A DNA stretch of 64,000 nt from Candidatus Komeilibacteria bacterium (GCA_030688315.1 JAUYIT010000017.1:2845-66844); one strand, 5' to 3'. Counted from the stretch's first letter, positions 28,751 to 38,225 are shown. The notes: generated from the sequence alone by a model not told the origin. Made by a program: numbers and translations.

Positions 28751-28786
28751 TTGCGAGGAGTCGAGCTTAGCTCGACGACGAAGCAA
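28751..28786. repeat. GC-rich interrupted hairpin (variant of the GAGCGAGG element family)
   Basis: ttgcGAGGAG-[tcgagc tta gctcga]-cgacgaagcaa. Outer ttgc/gcaa also pair. It lies in the 5' region of the 28800 gene. Confidence 0.4.
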
Positions 28787-28799
28787 TCTCGATGAATTT

Positions 28800-29198
28800 A
28801 TGAGTAGACAGTTTAACAGTTTCATTAAGTACCTTGGCGAATACATCGCCAATATCAGCCCGACGTTTTTTATTGTTTCGTCGCTTTCTTTTATTGTTTA
28901 TTTTGCTTTGGAAAATTTTAAAGTCGGCTTAATCAGTAATTATTTTGATTTGAATTTATTAATGCTGGTGGCGCTGGCTAGCGGCCTAGTGGCCATCTTT
29001 TATTATGAAAACAGGGCTAACCTAAGCGGAAAAAATAAGCCCTATCTCTTTAGCTTGTTCTTTGCTATAATTTTAGGACTGTTTTTGGCTAAATACCTGG
29101 CTGATTTTGGTAAAATCGGCCTGTTTACGGCCGTTTGCGGTTCAATCAGCGTTTATCTCATAATTGATCAAATGTATGATTCACGGCGTCAAAATTAA
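28800..29198 (+). CDS. small hypothetical membrane protein
   Basis: 132 aa with 3-4 TM helices. Confidence 0.4.
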   Translation: MSRQFNSFIKYLGEYIANISPTFFIVSSLSFIVYFALENFKVGLISNYFDLNLLMLVALASGLVAIFYYENRANLSGKNKPYLFSLFFAIILGLFLAKYLADFGKIGLFTAVCGSISVYLIIDQMYDSRRQN

Positions 29199-29652
29199 AG
29201 AATTAAAGCCCATTACCGATGGAAGGGGTTTGTTAATGGAGTTTTTGCGTGATGATGATGAAGTGTTTGAAAAATTCGGTCAGGTTTATCTCACGTTAGT
29301 CAAAAGGGGAACGGTTAAGGCCTGGCATTTTCATGAACTGCAAGATGATTATTTTATTTGCGTGGAAGGCAAGGCGTTGGTGGCGCTGTATGATATGCGT
29401 AAAGATTCACCAACCTACGGCGAGGCGCAGGATTTTGTTTTGTCAGCTCCGGAAGTTGAAGGCGATCATTTGTTAGTTAAAATCCCCAAAGGCGTGGCGC
29501 ATGGTTTTACGGCCGTTGAATGCGATCAGGCCAAAATCGTCAATGTGCCCACGATGCATTACAATTACGATCAGCCCGACGAAATCCGCTTCCCTTGGAA
29601 TGATCCGAATATTAATTATCAGTGGCCCGCTGAAGTTAAAAGTGGTGGCTAG
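29164..29652 (+). CDS. rfbC: dTDP-4-dehydrorhamnose 3,5-epimerase (cupin)
   Basis: RmlC-like cupin with PITDGRGLLMEF...KAWHFH...IPKGVAHGF. The true start is probably MIHGVK at about 29176. Confidence 0.7.
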   Translation: MIKCMIHGVKIKELKPITDGRGLLMEFLRDDDEVFEKFGQVYLTLVKRGTVKAWHFHELQDDYFICVEGKALVALYDMRKDSPTYGEAQDFVLSAPEVEGDHLLVKIPKGVAHGFTAVECDQAKIVNVPTMHYNYDQPDEIRFPWNDPNINYQWPAEVKSGG

Positions 29653-29662
29653 TAAAAAATAT

Positions 29663-30067
29663 ATGGACTGTATTTTCTGCAAAATAATTGAAGGGGAATT
29701 GCCGTGCTATAAGGTTTATGAGGATAAGCGTGCCTTGGCGTTTTTGGATATCAATCCCGTCAACAAAGGTCATGTGTTGATTGTTCCCAAGGAACATCAT
29801 CGTAATTTTTTGGATTTGCCCAAGGATTTGCTAAAGGATTTAACCTCCTTGGCGCAGGATTTGGCGCAGAACATTATGGACGGCGTAGGAGCCACGGCCT
29901 TTAATTTAACCGCCAACAACGGCAAGGAAGCCGGCCAGCAGGTGGAACATTTCCATTGGCATGTTATTCCGCGCTTTGCCAACGATCATTTGCATCATTG
30001 GCCGGGCAAAACTTTTTCGGACGAGGAAATGAAAAGATTTACCATGACTATTAGAAAATCAATATGA
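29663..30067 (+). CDS. HIT-family (histidine triad) nucleotide hydrolase/transferase
   Basis: MDCIFCKII... with the HFHWHVIPR histidine triad. The ORF-track start at 29501 is a spurious 5' extension overlapping rfbC. Confidence 0.8.
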   Translation: MDCIFCKIIEGELPCYKVYEDKRALAFLDINPVNKGHVLIVPKEHHRNFLDLPKDLLKDLTSLAQDLAQNIMDGVGATAFNLTANNGKEAGQQVEHFHWHVIPRFANDHLHHWPGKTFSDEEMKRFTMTIRKSI

Positions 30068-31035
30068 GCATTTTAGTTTCAGGTTCAGTGGTTTATGATA
30101 GGATCATGGATTTTCCGGGCGCTTTTAGCGATCACATTTTACCCGATCAGATCCATAATTTAAATGTCAGTTTTTTGGTGAAGGAATTTAAAGAAACTTT
30201 TGGCGGCGTGGCCGCTAATATCGCTTATAATCTGGCTTTGCTTAATGAACGGCCGCAGATTTATTCAGCGGTGGGCAAGGATTTTTCGCCTTACGCTTTG
30301 AGGTTAAAAAAATATAAGATTGATTTAAGCGGAGTTAAAGTTTATCCCGGGCAATACACTTCCAGCGCTTACATCATGACCGATAAAAATGATAATCAGA
30401 TTACCGGATTTTTTCCGGGCGCGATGAATTTTTTTGGCGCTCGGCCAAAATTGAAAAAAGGGGATATTGCCATTGTGGCACCGGGAAATAAAGATGAGAT
30501 GCTGGCTTTGGCCGATTACTATTTTAAAAATAAAATCTTTTTTATTTTTGATCCCGGCCAGCAGATCGGCCAATTTAATAAACAGCAGTTGACTAAAGCG
30601 CTTACTTCCTGCAATATTTATATTGTTAACGATTATGAACTGGCTTTAACCCAAAAAATAACCGGTTTAAATAAACAAGAATTATTAAAAAAATCAGTGG
30701 TGCTAATTACCACTTTGGGCGCCAAAGGTTCCAGTATTGAAATTTATCATAATAATCAGTTTAAGGCGTTTAGCGTTAAGGCGGTTAAGCCAAACAAAGT
30801 TGTTGACCCTACTGGCGCGGGCGATGCTTATCGAGCGGGTATAATCAAAGGATTATTGATGACAAAAGCAATCGGCCATGCCAATCTATTTGACTGGGAA
30901 TGGCTTAAAATCGGCCAGCTGGGCAGTTTATCGGCAAAGTATGCCGTTGAACAATACGGCACCCAAAATCATTCATACAGTTACAATCAGTTTAAAAAAG
31001 ATTATAATTTTAACTTTAATCAAATAATAAACTAA
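30064..31035 (+). CDS. PfkB-family carbohydrate/nucleoside kinase (possible adenosine kinase)
   Basis: 323 aa with the DPTGAGDAYRAGIIKGL PfkB signature and a ribokinase-like fold. It is immediately upstream of ahcY. Confidence 0.7.
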   Translation: MSILVSGSVVYDRIMDFPGAFSDHILPDQIHNLNVSFLVKEFKETFGGVAANIAYNLALLNERPQIYSAVGKDFSPYALRLKKYKIDLSGVKVYPGQYTSSAYIMTDKNDNQITGFFPGAMNFFGARPKLKKGDIAIVAPGNKDEMLALADYYFKNKIFFIFDPGQQIGQFNKQQLTKALTSCNIYIVNDYELALTQKITGLNKQELLKKSVVLITTLGAKGSSIEIYHNNQFKAFSVKAVKPNKVVDPTGAGDAYRAGIIKGLLMTKAIGHANLFDWEWLKIGQLGSLSAKYAVEQYGTQNHSYSYNQFKKDYNFNFNQIIN

Positions 31036-31038
31036 AAA

Positions 31039-32295
31039 ATGAAATACGACGTCAAGAATGTCAAACTAGCTCCAGCGGGAAAGAAACGAATCCTCTGGGC
31101 CGAAAAGCAGATGGATGTGTTGCGCCAAATCTCGGCTAGGTTTGCCAAACAAAAGCCCTTAAAAGGCGTAAAAATGGCCGCCTGTTTGCATGTAACCGCC
31201 GAAACAGCTAATTTGATGAGAACGCTTAAAGCCGGCGGTGCCAGCGTTGTTTTATGTGCTTCCAACCCTTTATCCACGCAGGATGAAGTAGCGGCTTCGC
31301 TGGTTAAAGATTTTGGCATTCCGGTTTTTGCCAGAAATAATATTGATAGAAAAGGTTATTATCGTCATTTAAATTCAGCTTTGGACACTAAGCCGAATTT
31401 GTCTATGGACGATGGCGCTGATTTAGTTTCATTACTTCATACCAAAAGAAAAGATCTGGTTAAGCATATTTTTGGCGGAACCGAAGAAACCACTACCGGC
31501 GTGATTAGATTGAAAGCGTTGGCGGAACAAAAAAAATTATTGTATCCCATTGTGGCGGTTAATGACGCGCAAACCAAGCACTTTTTTGACAATCGTTACG
31601 GTACCGGCCAATCAACCTTGGACGGCATTATCCGCGCCACCAACATTTTGCTGGCCGGAAAAACCGTGGTGGTGGCCGGTTATGGCTGGTGCGGCCGTGG
31701 GTTCGCGCTTAAGGCCAAAGCTATGGGCGCCAAGGTGATTGTGACCGAAGTTGAGGCGGTTAAGGCCTTAGAAGCAGTCATGGACGGTTTTGAGGTTAAA
31801 ACCATGTTGCAGGCGGCTTCCGTCGGCGATATCTTTTGCACTTTAACCGGCGATATTCACGTGATCCGCAAAGAGCATTTTGCCAAAATGAAAAACAACG
31901 CCGTGGTTTGCAACTCCGGCCACTTTGACGTGGAACTGGATTTGGTCGGCCTTAAAAAAATCAGCAAAAAGGTGGAAACGGTCAGGCCGTTTGTGCAGGC
32001 CTATACTTTAAAAAACGGCCGTGCCGTTAATGTGTTAGCCGAAGGCCGTTTGATTAACCTGGCTTCCGCCGAAGGGCACCCGGCTTCGGTTATGGATATG
32101 AGTTTTGCCAACCAATCTTTGGCGGCCGAATTTGTAGTTAAAAATTACAAGCATTTGGAAAAAAGAGTTTACGATGTGACGCAAAAAACGGATGATTACA
32201 TTGCCACGGCCAAGCTTAAGGCCATGGGCGTCAGCATTGATAAGTTGACCGCTGAACAGCAAAAGTATTTGACCAGTTGGGAAATGGGAACGTAG
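31039..32295 (+). CDS. ahcY: adenosylhomocysteinase (S-adenosyl-L-homocysteine hydrolase)
   Basis: 418 aa with NAD-binding [10 protein letters not shown] and conserved AhcY core motifs. Confidence 0.95.
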   Translation: MKYDVKNVKLAPAGKKRILWAEKQMDVLRQISARFAKQKPLKGVKMAACLHVTAETANLMRTLKAGGASVVLCASNPLSTQDEVAASLVKDFGIPVFARNNIDRKGYYRHLNSALDTKPNLSMDDGADLVSLLHTKRKDLVKHIFGGTEETTTGVIRLKALAEQKKLLYPIVAVNDAQTKHFFDNRYGTGQSTLDGIIRATNILLAGKTVVVAGYGWCGRGFALKAKAMGAKVIVTEVEAVKALEAVMDGFEVKTMLQAASVGDIFCTLTGDIHVIRKEHFAKMKNNAVVCNSGHFDVELDLVGLKKISKKVETVRPFVQAYTLKNGRAVNVLAEGRLINLASAEGHPASVMDMSFANQSLAAEFVVKNYKHLEKRVYDVTQKTDDYIATAKLKAMGVSIDKLTAEQQKYLTSWEMGT

Positions 32296-32301
32296 TTTGA
32301 A

Positions 32302-32412
32302 CTGCTCGGTCGGGCAAGAAAACTTTTTGCCCTCGTCTCCGGCCTTCGCCGCGACAGGCGGCTCGCCCGGTATTTTTCACTCGGTTCAAAAAGTTTTCTT
32401 GCCCTTCCTCGC
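32302..32412. repeat. composite palindromic element in the rfbB leader (18-bp perfect inverted arms around a GC-rich core); reverse-orientation member of the GAGCGAGG family
   Basis: The 18-bp arms gggcaagaaaactttttg (32312-32329) and caaaaagttttcttgccc (32387-32404) are perfect inverted repeats flanking a GC-rich core with an inner gccgc gacag gcggc stem. On the minus strand the flanks read GCGAGGAAGG...CGACCGAGCAG. Confidence 0.5.
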
Positions 32413-32427
32413 ATTAATTAACAAGTT

Positions 32428-33429
32428 ATGAATTTACTAGTAACCGGCGGGGCCGGTTTTGCCGGCTCCAACTTTATCAGGTATATTTTGCGGAAGTATC
32501 CCAACTACCGGATTTTTAATTTGGATAAACTGACCTATGCCGGCAATTTGGACAATCTGAAAGATATTGAAGGCAACGCCAACTATAAGTTCATTAAAGG
32601 CGACATTGTTGATCAGCGCATGGTGTTTAAAATCTGCCGCAACAATAAAATCGACGCCATTCTTAACTACGCCGCCGAAACCCACGTGGACCGATCCATT
32701 TTGGATCCCGCTGATTTTGTTAAAACCGACGTCATCGGCACTTATAACATTCTGGAAGCGGTCAAGGAATTCAAGCTTCAAAAATTCGTGCAAATTTCTA
32801 CCGATGAAGTTTACGGCAGTTTAACCAAGGGCCAGTTTACAGAAGAATCGCCATTTTTACCCAATTCACCTTATAGCGCTTCCAAAGCCGGCGCCGATTT
32901 GCTGTGCCGGTCATATGTTAAAACCTATAAACTGCCGGTGGTTGTTACGCATAGCTGTAATTTTTACGGGCCCTATCAGTATCCCGAAAAAATGATTCCC
33001 TTGTTTGTTACCAACCTGATGGAAGGCAAAAAGGTGCCGTTGTACGGCAAAGGCGAAAACACTCGCGAATGGATTTACGTATTGGATCATTGCCGGGCCA
33101 TTGATTTTTTACTGCATAAGGGCGTCAACGGCGAGGTCTACAATATCGGCACGGGCGTGGAAAAAAAGAATATACAAATCACTCAGATATTTTTGGCTGA
33201 ACTGGGTTTGGATAAAAAAATGATTGAATTCGTCAAGGATCGGCCGGGCCATGACTGGCGCTATGCCGTTAATTCAAATAAATTGAAAAAATTGGGCTGG
33301 AGTCCTGAATATGATTTTGACGACGCAATGAGGGAAACAATCCGCTGGTACCAAAAAAACGAGTGGTGGTGGAAAAAACTTAAGTCCGGCGAGTATCTTA
33401 AGTATTACAAAAAACAGTACGGTCTTTAA
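32428..33429 (+). CDS. rfbB: dTDP-glucose 4,6-dehydratase
   Basis: 333 aa with TGGAGFAGSNF, the YAAETHVDRSI and SPYSASKAGADLL catalytic motifs. Confidence 0.92.
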   Translation: MNLLVTGGAGFAGSNFIRYILRKYPNYRIFNLDKLTYAGNLDNLKDIEGNANYKFIKGDIVDQRMVFKICRNNKIDAILNYAAETHVDRSILDPADFVKTDVIGTYNILEAVKEFKLQKFVQISTDEVYGSLTKGQFTEESPFLPNSPYSASKAGADLLCRSYVKTYKLPVVVTHSCNFYGPYQYPEKMIPLFVTNLMEGKKVPLYGKGENTREWIYVLDHCRAIDFLLHKGVNGEVYNIGTGVEKKNIQITQIFLAELGLDKKMIEFVKDRPGHDWRYAVNSNKLKKLGWSPEYDFDDAMRETIRWYQKNEWWWKKLKSGEYLKYYKKQYGL

Positions 33430-33431
33430 TT

Positions 33432-34250
33432 ATGAAAATATTATTACTTGGTGCGAACGGCATGCTCGGCCACGCGTTGGCCGATGTTTTTGTGGAAGAA
33501 GATTTGGTGCTGGGCGATCTGCCGGATTATGATATTACAAATTATGACGATCTTAATTTAAAGATTGATCAAATTAAACCCGAAGTGATTATCAATGCCG
33601 CGGCCTACACCAATGTTGACGGCTGTGAAACGGATAAAGAATTATGTTTGTCGGTTAACGGTTTGGCCATGGGTAATTTGGCCGCGGCGGCAAAAAAACA
33701 GCAGGCCGTTCTGATTCATTATTCCACCGATTATGTTTTTGATGGGGATAATAAAGACGGCTACGCTGAAGATGAGCCGATTAATCCCGTAAACGCGTAC
33801 GGCGTTAGCAAAGCCAAAGGCGAAGAATTGATCCGACAATCAGGTTGTAATTTTTATTTAATCAGAACGGCCTGGCTGTACGGCAAATACGGCAAGAATT
33901 TCGTGGACACGATTATCGATCTGTCAGTTAAACAGGAAGAAATCAAAGTGGTTAACGATCAATTCGGCAACCCAACTTACGCGCCGGATTTGGCCAAAGC
34001 CACCCGTCAGCTTATGATTGACAAAAAGCCATTTGGCGTTTATCATCAAACCAACGCCAATAACTGTAGTTGGTACGATTTTGCCTTAAGGATTAAGGAA
34101 ATCAAGGGTTTTGAGGCCGTTATCACTCCGGTCAGTTCCGCCGAATTTCCTAGACCGGCCAAACGGCCTAATTATTCAATTTTAATCAATACTAAGTTGA
34201 CTCCTTTGAGGAGTTGGCAGGAGGCCTTGGTCGAGTATTTGAAAAAATAA
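33432..34250 (+). CDS. rfbD: dTDP-4-dehydrorhamnose reductase
   Basis: 272 aa with MKILLLGANGMLG, YGVSKAKGEEL and an RmlD substrate-binding domain. Confidence 0.85.
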   Translation: MKILLLGANGMLGHALADVFVEEDLVLGDLPDYDITNYDDLNLKIDQIKPEVIINAAAYTNVDGCETDKELCLSVNGLAMGNLAAAAKKQQAVLIHYSTDYVFDGDNKDGYAEDEPINPVNAYGVSKAKGEELIRQSGCNFYLIRTAWLYGKYGKNFVDTIIDLSVKQEEIKVVNDQFGNPTYAPDLAKATRQLMIDKKPFGVYHQTNANNCSWYDFALRIKEIKGFEAVITPVSSAEFPRPAKRPNYSILINTKLTPLRSWQEALVEYLKK

Positions 34251-34252
34251 CC

Positions 34253-34684
34253 ATGATCAAAGAAAATTTACCGGAAAAAACCAATCAACAACCTTTAGTA
34301 AAACATGATACGTCTAACGAGGGCTATCTTGCTCATAACAGTGAATTTTTAGACAAGCAACTAGTCGACCAGGCATTAAGAGGTTTATTTGATAAAGCCA
34401 AAAAAGAGGTTGCGGACGAAAGACAAGCCAAGGGCGAACCGCTTGATCCATGGGCGGAATGGCTTAAGGGCCAACAAATCGACGATGCTGAATTTTCTGA
34501 ACTGCCGGACGATCAATTGCCAATCAACCACCCGGTTAGAAAATATTTAGAAGAATTAAGAGATTACTATCAAGGAAAACTAGACGGTTTAACGCCGTCA
34601 GAAACAAAAAACCCCGAGTGGCAAGAGGGGATTGAAATGTTTAAGGGCAGAGTGGCAATGATTGAAAAGCACCTTAATCCATGA
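34253..34684 (+). CDS. hypothetical acidic protein inserted between rfbD and rfbA
   Basis: 143 aa from MIKENLPEK. D/E-rich with no TM helix. The ORF track starts at 34214 in an overlapping frame. Confidence 0.4.
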   Translation: MIKENLPEKTNQQPLVKHDTSNEGYLAHNSEFLDKQLVDQALRGLFDKAKKEVADERQAKGEPLDPWAEWLKGQQIDDAEFSELPDDQLPINHPVRKYLEELRDYYQGKLDGLTPSETKNPEWQEGIEMFKGRVAMIEKHLNP

Positions 34685-34697
34685 TTACAAAGATATT

Positions 34698-35423
34698 ATG
34701 AGAGGAATAATATTATCAGGCGGGTTGGCTACCAGGCTTAGACCCTGCACCACCGTTACCAGTAAACAACTTTTGCCCGTTTACAACCGGCCGATGATTT
34801 ATTATCCCTTAAATACTTTAATTAAGGCGGGGATTAAGGAAATTCTGATCATCGTGGCGCCCGAACGGGCGGGGGATTATTTAAACCTGCTTGGTTCTGG
34901 TAAGCAGTTCGGCGTTAAGCTGACTTATGAAATTCAGGATCATCCCGCCGGTTTGCCCGAGGCGTTTATGATCGGCGAGAATTTTATTGACGATCAAAAC
35001 GTCGCCCTCATTTTGGGCGATAACATTTTTGAAGACGATTTTACGGAAGACATTAAAAACTTCAAAAAGGGAGCAAAGATTTTTGCCAAACAGGTGCCGG
35101 ATCCGGAACGCAGCGGCGTGGTTCAGTTTGACGCCAAGATGAAGGCGATTAAAATCGTGGAAAAACCCAAGGAAAAAATCAGCGATTACGCTATTACCGG
35201 TTTGTATTTATACGATCACCGCGTGATTGAGGCGGCCAAGGGCCTTAAACCCAGCCCCAGAGGCGAACTGGAAATAGTGGATTTGCACAATTGGTATTTG
35301 TCTAAAGGCGAATTGGAGGTCGGTTTTGTTAAGGGTGAATGGATTGATGCCGGTACATTTGACAGTTTGTTGAAAGCGCAAATTTTAGCTAAAGAACGAT
35401 TGCAAGATAAATTGATTATCTAA
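34698..35423 (+). CDS. rfbA: glucose-1-phosphate thymidylyltransferase (short form)
   Basis: MRGIILSGGLATRLRPCTTVTSKQLLPVYNRPMIYYP matches the sugar nucleotidyltransferase N-terminal G-x-G-T-R-L motif. Confidence 0.8.
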   Translation: MRGIILSGGLATRLRPCTTVTSKQLLPVYNRPMIYYPLNTLIKAGIKEILIIVAPERAGDYLNLLGSGKQFGVKLTYEIQDHPAGLPEAFMIGENFIDDQNVALILGDNIFEDDFTEDIKNFKKGAKIFAKQVPDPERSGVVQFDAKMKAIKIVEKPKEKISDYAITGLYLYDHRVIEAAKGLKPSPRGELEIVDLHNWYLSKGELEVGFVKGEWIDAGTFDSLLKAQILAKERLQDKLII

Positions 35424-35427
35424 AAAA

Positions 35428-35480
35428 CGGCCCGCCGCCTGCCTGCCGGCAGGCAGGATTCGGCGGGTCGTTTATTTTTT
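35428..35480. terminator. bidirectional rho-independent terminator between convergent rfbA and the PEGA-protein gene
   Basis: cggcccgccg / cggcgggtcg stem enclosing a perfect 20-bp palindrome cctgcctgccggcaggcagg, with an A-run upstream and a T-run (tttattttttt) downstream. Confidence 0.7.
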
Positions 35481-35486
35481 TACTTT

Positions 35487-36827
35487 CTAAGGTTGAATTT
35501 CAAATTTATAAAAGCCGGGAACATTGTCAATCGTGGCGCTGGCAAACAGCCAGTCGCCTTTTTTATTTGCCGAAACCAGGCCGCTCTGTTCCGGATCAAT
35601 TTCTAAAATGTCATAAACGTTTCTGGCATCGCGGCTGTCCAGTTCGTATAACTTAAGTTGGTTGCCGACTTCCGCGTAAACATAAACGGCATTAGGATGC
35701 CAAAACGCCCGGCTGATTTTTTGGCTGGTTCGTTCCAAAAAAACTTGCTGGTTAAACTCTGGATAATAAACCCAGAGTTCTGCATTGTCCCAGTAGACCA
35801 TGGACCGTCCCAGCCAGCCAAAACCGGCAACGTTTTTCAAAATTGTTTTAACCGGCTGGTTTTTATCTTCCGGACTGATTAGGTAAAGCTGTTTTTCATT
35901 TTGATCGTGCAAAACCACGTCGCCGGCCTGATTTTGGCTAAAATTGTAATCGGTTTGTTCCGGCAAGCTGAAAATAATCCTGTTTTCTCCGGGCAAATAT
36001 GATTTAAGAAAAAAGCCGTCAGGATTTTTAACCAAGGTTAAAGCCCCGTTTTTATAAGGCAAAAAAGTAAAATTCATTTCGGTGTTAACGGGTGTTGCGG
36101 TGTTGGCGGGCAAATTAATCAGCAATAGTTGGCTGCCTGTAAGGCCATATAGCAAATTATCGTTTTGGCTATGCCATTTAACATCGGTCAAAACGCCTTT
36201 GGTTAGGTTTTGCAGATCAGTTGTTAGGCCGGGCGAATCCTTATGGACTGTTAAAAAATGGTTACCGGCCTTAAAAAGGATTTTTTTATTGCTGCTTGAC
36301 CAGCCGACCAACGCCAGTGGTTGTTCTGCCGAAGAATAAAGCCGAGTTATTTTATTATCGCCCGCGTTGTAATGCCATAAAATTTGCTCGTCGCCAAGCT
36401 GTTCAATTAAAGCAAAATTTTCCCGGTTGGAATCCGGCAAAAGTTCCGTAAAGATTCCTTCGACCACCGCCGTTATTTTAGGTGTTTGGTAAATTAAAGA
36501 AACGTCTTCAATAAAAGTCGCGGTTTGCGACTGGATGGCCAAATTTTTAATCCAAGGTAAAAAGCCCTCTTTAGAAATTTTAACTTCGTATATTTTTGGC
36601 AACAGGCGGGTAATTTGGCTGGGCGTGGTTTTTTTGTGCCTGTCGCCGTTTAAAAAAACGTCGGCGTCTTTAGGGAATGATTTAATGAAAAAAACACCGG
36701 TTTTTTCCAGACGGTTTTTTTGCCAGTTGTATTTATAGCCCAGGCCGTACAAAATCAACAAAGGCGAAAGAACCAGAAAAATCAGGGCCAGTCCCAGCAC
36801 TAAAAAGCGGCGCGTTCTTAAATTCAT
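35487..36827 (-). CDS. membrane-anchored PEGA-domain protein with C-terminal beta-propeller-like region
   Basis: N-terminal TM helix, a PEGA-like segment (PKDADVFLNGDRHKKTTPSQI...YEVKISKEGFLP), then repeated beta-strand blades. Confidence 0.5.
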   Translation of the reverse strand: MNLRTRRFLVLGLALIFLVLSPLLILYGLGYKYNWQKNRLEKTGVFFIKSFPKDADVFLNGDRHKKTTPSQITRLLPKIYEVKISKEGFLPWIKNLAIQSQTATFIEDVSLIYQTPKITAVVEGIFTELLPDSNRENFALIEQLGDEQILWHYNAGDNKITRLYSSAEQPLALVGWSSSNKKILFKAGNHFLTVHKDSPGLTTDLQNLTKGVLTDVKWHSQNDNLLYGLTGSQLLLINLPANTATPVNTEMNFTFLPYKNGALTLVKNPDGFFLKSYLPGENRIIFSLPEQTDYNFSQNQAGDVVLHDQNEKQLYLISPEDKNQPVKTILKNVAGFGWLGRSMVYWDNAELWVYYPEFNQQVFLERTSQKISRAFWHPNAVYVYAEVGNQLKLYELDSRDARNVYDILEIDPEQSGLVSANKKGDWLFASATIDNVPGFYKFEIQP

Positions 36828-36908
36828 AATGACTTGTTTTTTTAAGGAAAAAGTATTAGAATACTATGTATATAATTTGGAGTTAAATCAGGTTACCAGT
36901 ATCATACA

Positions 36909-38222
36909 ATGTCTTATTATATAATTCAAGGTAAAAGCAAGTTACATGGCTCGGTTAAGGTAAATTCCACCAAAAACTCCACTTTGGCTCTGTTATGCGC
37001 CTCGCTTTTAAACCGCGGCCAAACAGAGCTTTTTAACTTTCCGGATTTGGAGGAAAACAAAAGGATTATTGAAGTTTTATCCAGTTTGGGGGTTAAATTC
37101 AGCCGGCCCGGCAACAGGCGCCTGCTAATACAACCGCCAAAAAAATTATTAATAAATAAAATAGATTTTAAGGCAGCGTCTAAAACCAGAGCCGTGTTAA
37201 TGCTGCTCGGGTCGCTGATCCATTTTTTCCCCAGTTTTAAACTGCCCAAATCAAGCGGCTGTAAACTGGGTTCCCGCACCATTACTCCTTATATTTTTGC
37301 TTTGGAAAATTTTGGCGTAACCATTAAGTCCAAAACCGGCTGGTTTCAGGTTAAGCGCGATCCTAGGATCCACAATCAGGAAATTATTATGTACGAATCA
37401 GGCGATACGGCTACCGCGGCGGTGTTAATGGCGGCCGCCTTAACGCGCGAGCCGACCGTGATTAAATACGCCTCGGCCAATTATCAGATTCAGGAACTGT
37501 GTTATTATTTGCAAAAACTGGGCGTTAAAATAGAAGGTTTGGGTACTACCACTCTCACTGTTCATGGCGTTAAATCCATCAACAAAAAAGTTCAGTATCA
37601 TTTGGCCGAAGACCCAATTGAAGCTATGCTCTTTATTTCTTTAGCCGCCCTGACTAATTCTTCAATAACCATTAAGGGCTGTCCGATTGATTTTTTGGAA
37701 CTGGAATTGCTGAAGCTTAAAAAAATGGGCTTTAACTACCAGATTTTGAAAAAATACTTTTCCAACAACGGTCAAACGAAACTGTTGGATATTAAAACTT
37801 TGCCCTCTCGCTTAATTGCTCCCAAAGATAAAATTTCCGCCCAACCTTACCCGGGCTTAAATATTGATAACTTGCCCTTTTTTGTGCCTATTGCCACGCA
37901 GGCCAAAGGCCGGACTTTAATCCATGACTGGGTTTATGAAAACCGGGCCATTTATTATAATGAGTTTAATCGTTTGGGCGCCAAAGTCACTTTGGCCGAC
38001 CCGCACCGTGTTTATATAGATGGACCCACCCCGCTTAAGGCCAACGAGATTGTTTGTCCGCCCTCGCTTAGGCCATCAGTAATCATTTTAATCGCCATGC
38101 TGGCCGCCAGCGGCAAATCCATTTTAAGGAATACTTACAACATTGACCGCGGTTATGAAAATTTGCACGAGCGCTTAAAACAGCTGGGAGCCAAAATTGA
38201 GCGGATAGCGGAGAAGGAATAG
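36909..38222 (+). CDS. murA: UDP-N-acetylglucosamine 1-carboxyvinyltransferase
   Basis: 437 aa EPT-family protein. The N-terminal LHGSVKVNSTKNSTLALL and the KSSGCKLGSRTITPY catalytic-Cys loop are MurA-like. Confidence 0.65.
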   Translation: MSYYIIQGKSKLHGSVKVNSTKNSTLALLCASLLNRGQTELFNFPDLEENKRIIEVLSSLGVKFSRPGNRRLLIQPPKKLLINKIDFKAASKTRAVLMLLGSLIHFFPSFKLPKSSGCKLGSRTITPYIFALENFGVTIKSKTGWFQVKRDPRIHNQEIIMYESGDTATAAVLMAAALTREPTVIKYASANYQIQELCYYLQKLGVKIEGLGTTTLTVHGVKSINKKVQYHLAEDPIEAMLFISLAALTNSSITIKGCPIDFLELELLKLKKMGFNYQILKKYFSNNGQTKLLDIKTLPSRLIAPKDKISAQPYPGLNIDNLPFFVPIATQAKGRTLIHDWVYENRAIYYNEFNRLGAKVTLADPHRVYIDGPTPLKANEIVCPPSLRPSVIILIAMLAASGKSILRNTYNIDRGYENLHERLKQLGAKIERIAEKE

Positions 38223-38225
38223 TTT

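Noticed and set aside
29501-29662. 5' extension of the HIT gene overlapping rfbC out of frame. The same pattern occurs at 34214-34252 (overlapping rfbD), 45087-45143 (before the signal peptide) and 52248-52346 (before the lipoprotein signal peptide).
   Set aside because: The extensions overlap upstream genes in another frame or precede clear signal peptides. Internal ATGs give products matching family-typical N-termini.
36828-36908. agtatt-aga-aatact mini-palindrome and a TGTATATAAT -10-like box in the PEGA/murA divergent region.
   Set aside because: Arms of only 6 bp in AT-rich DNA are easily produced by chance. The -10 box is plausible but has no convincing -35.
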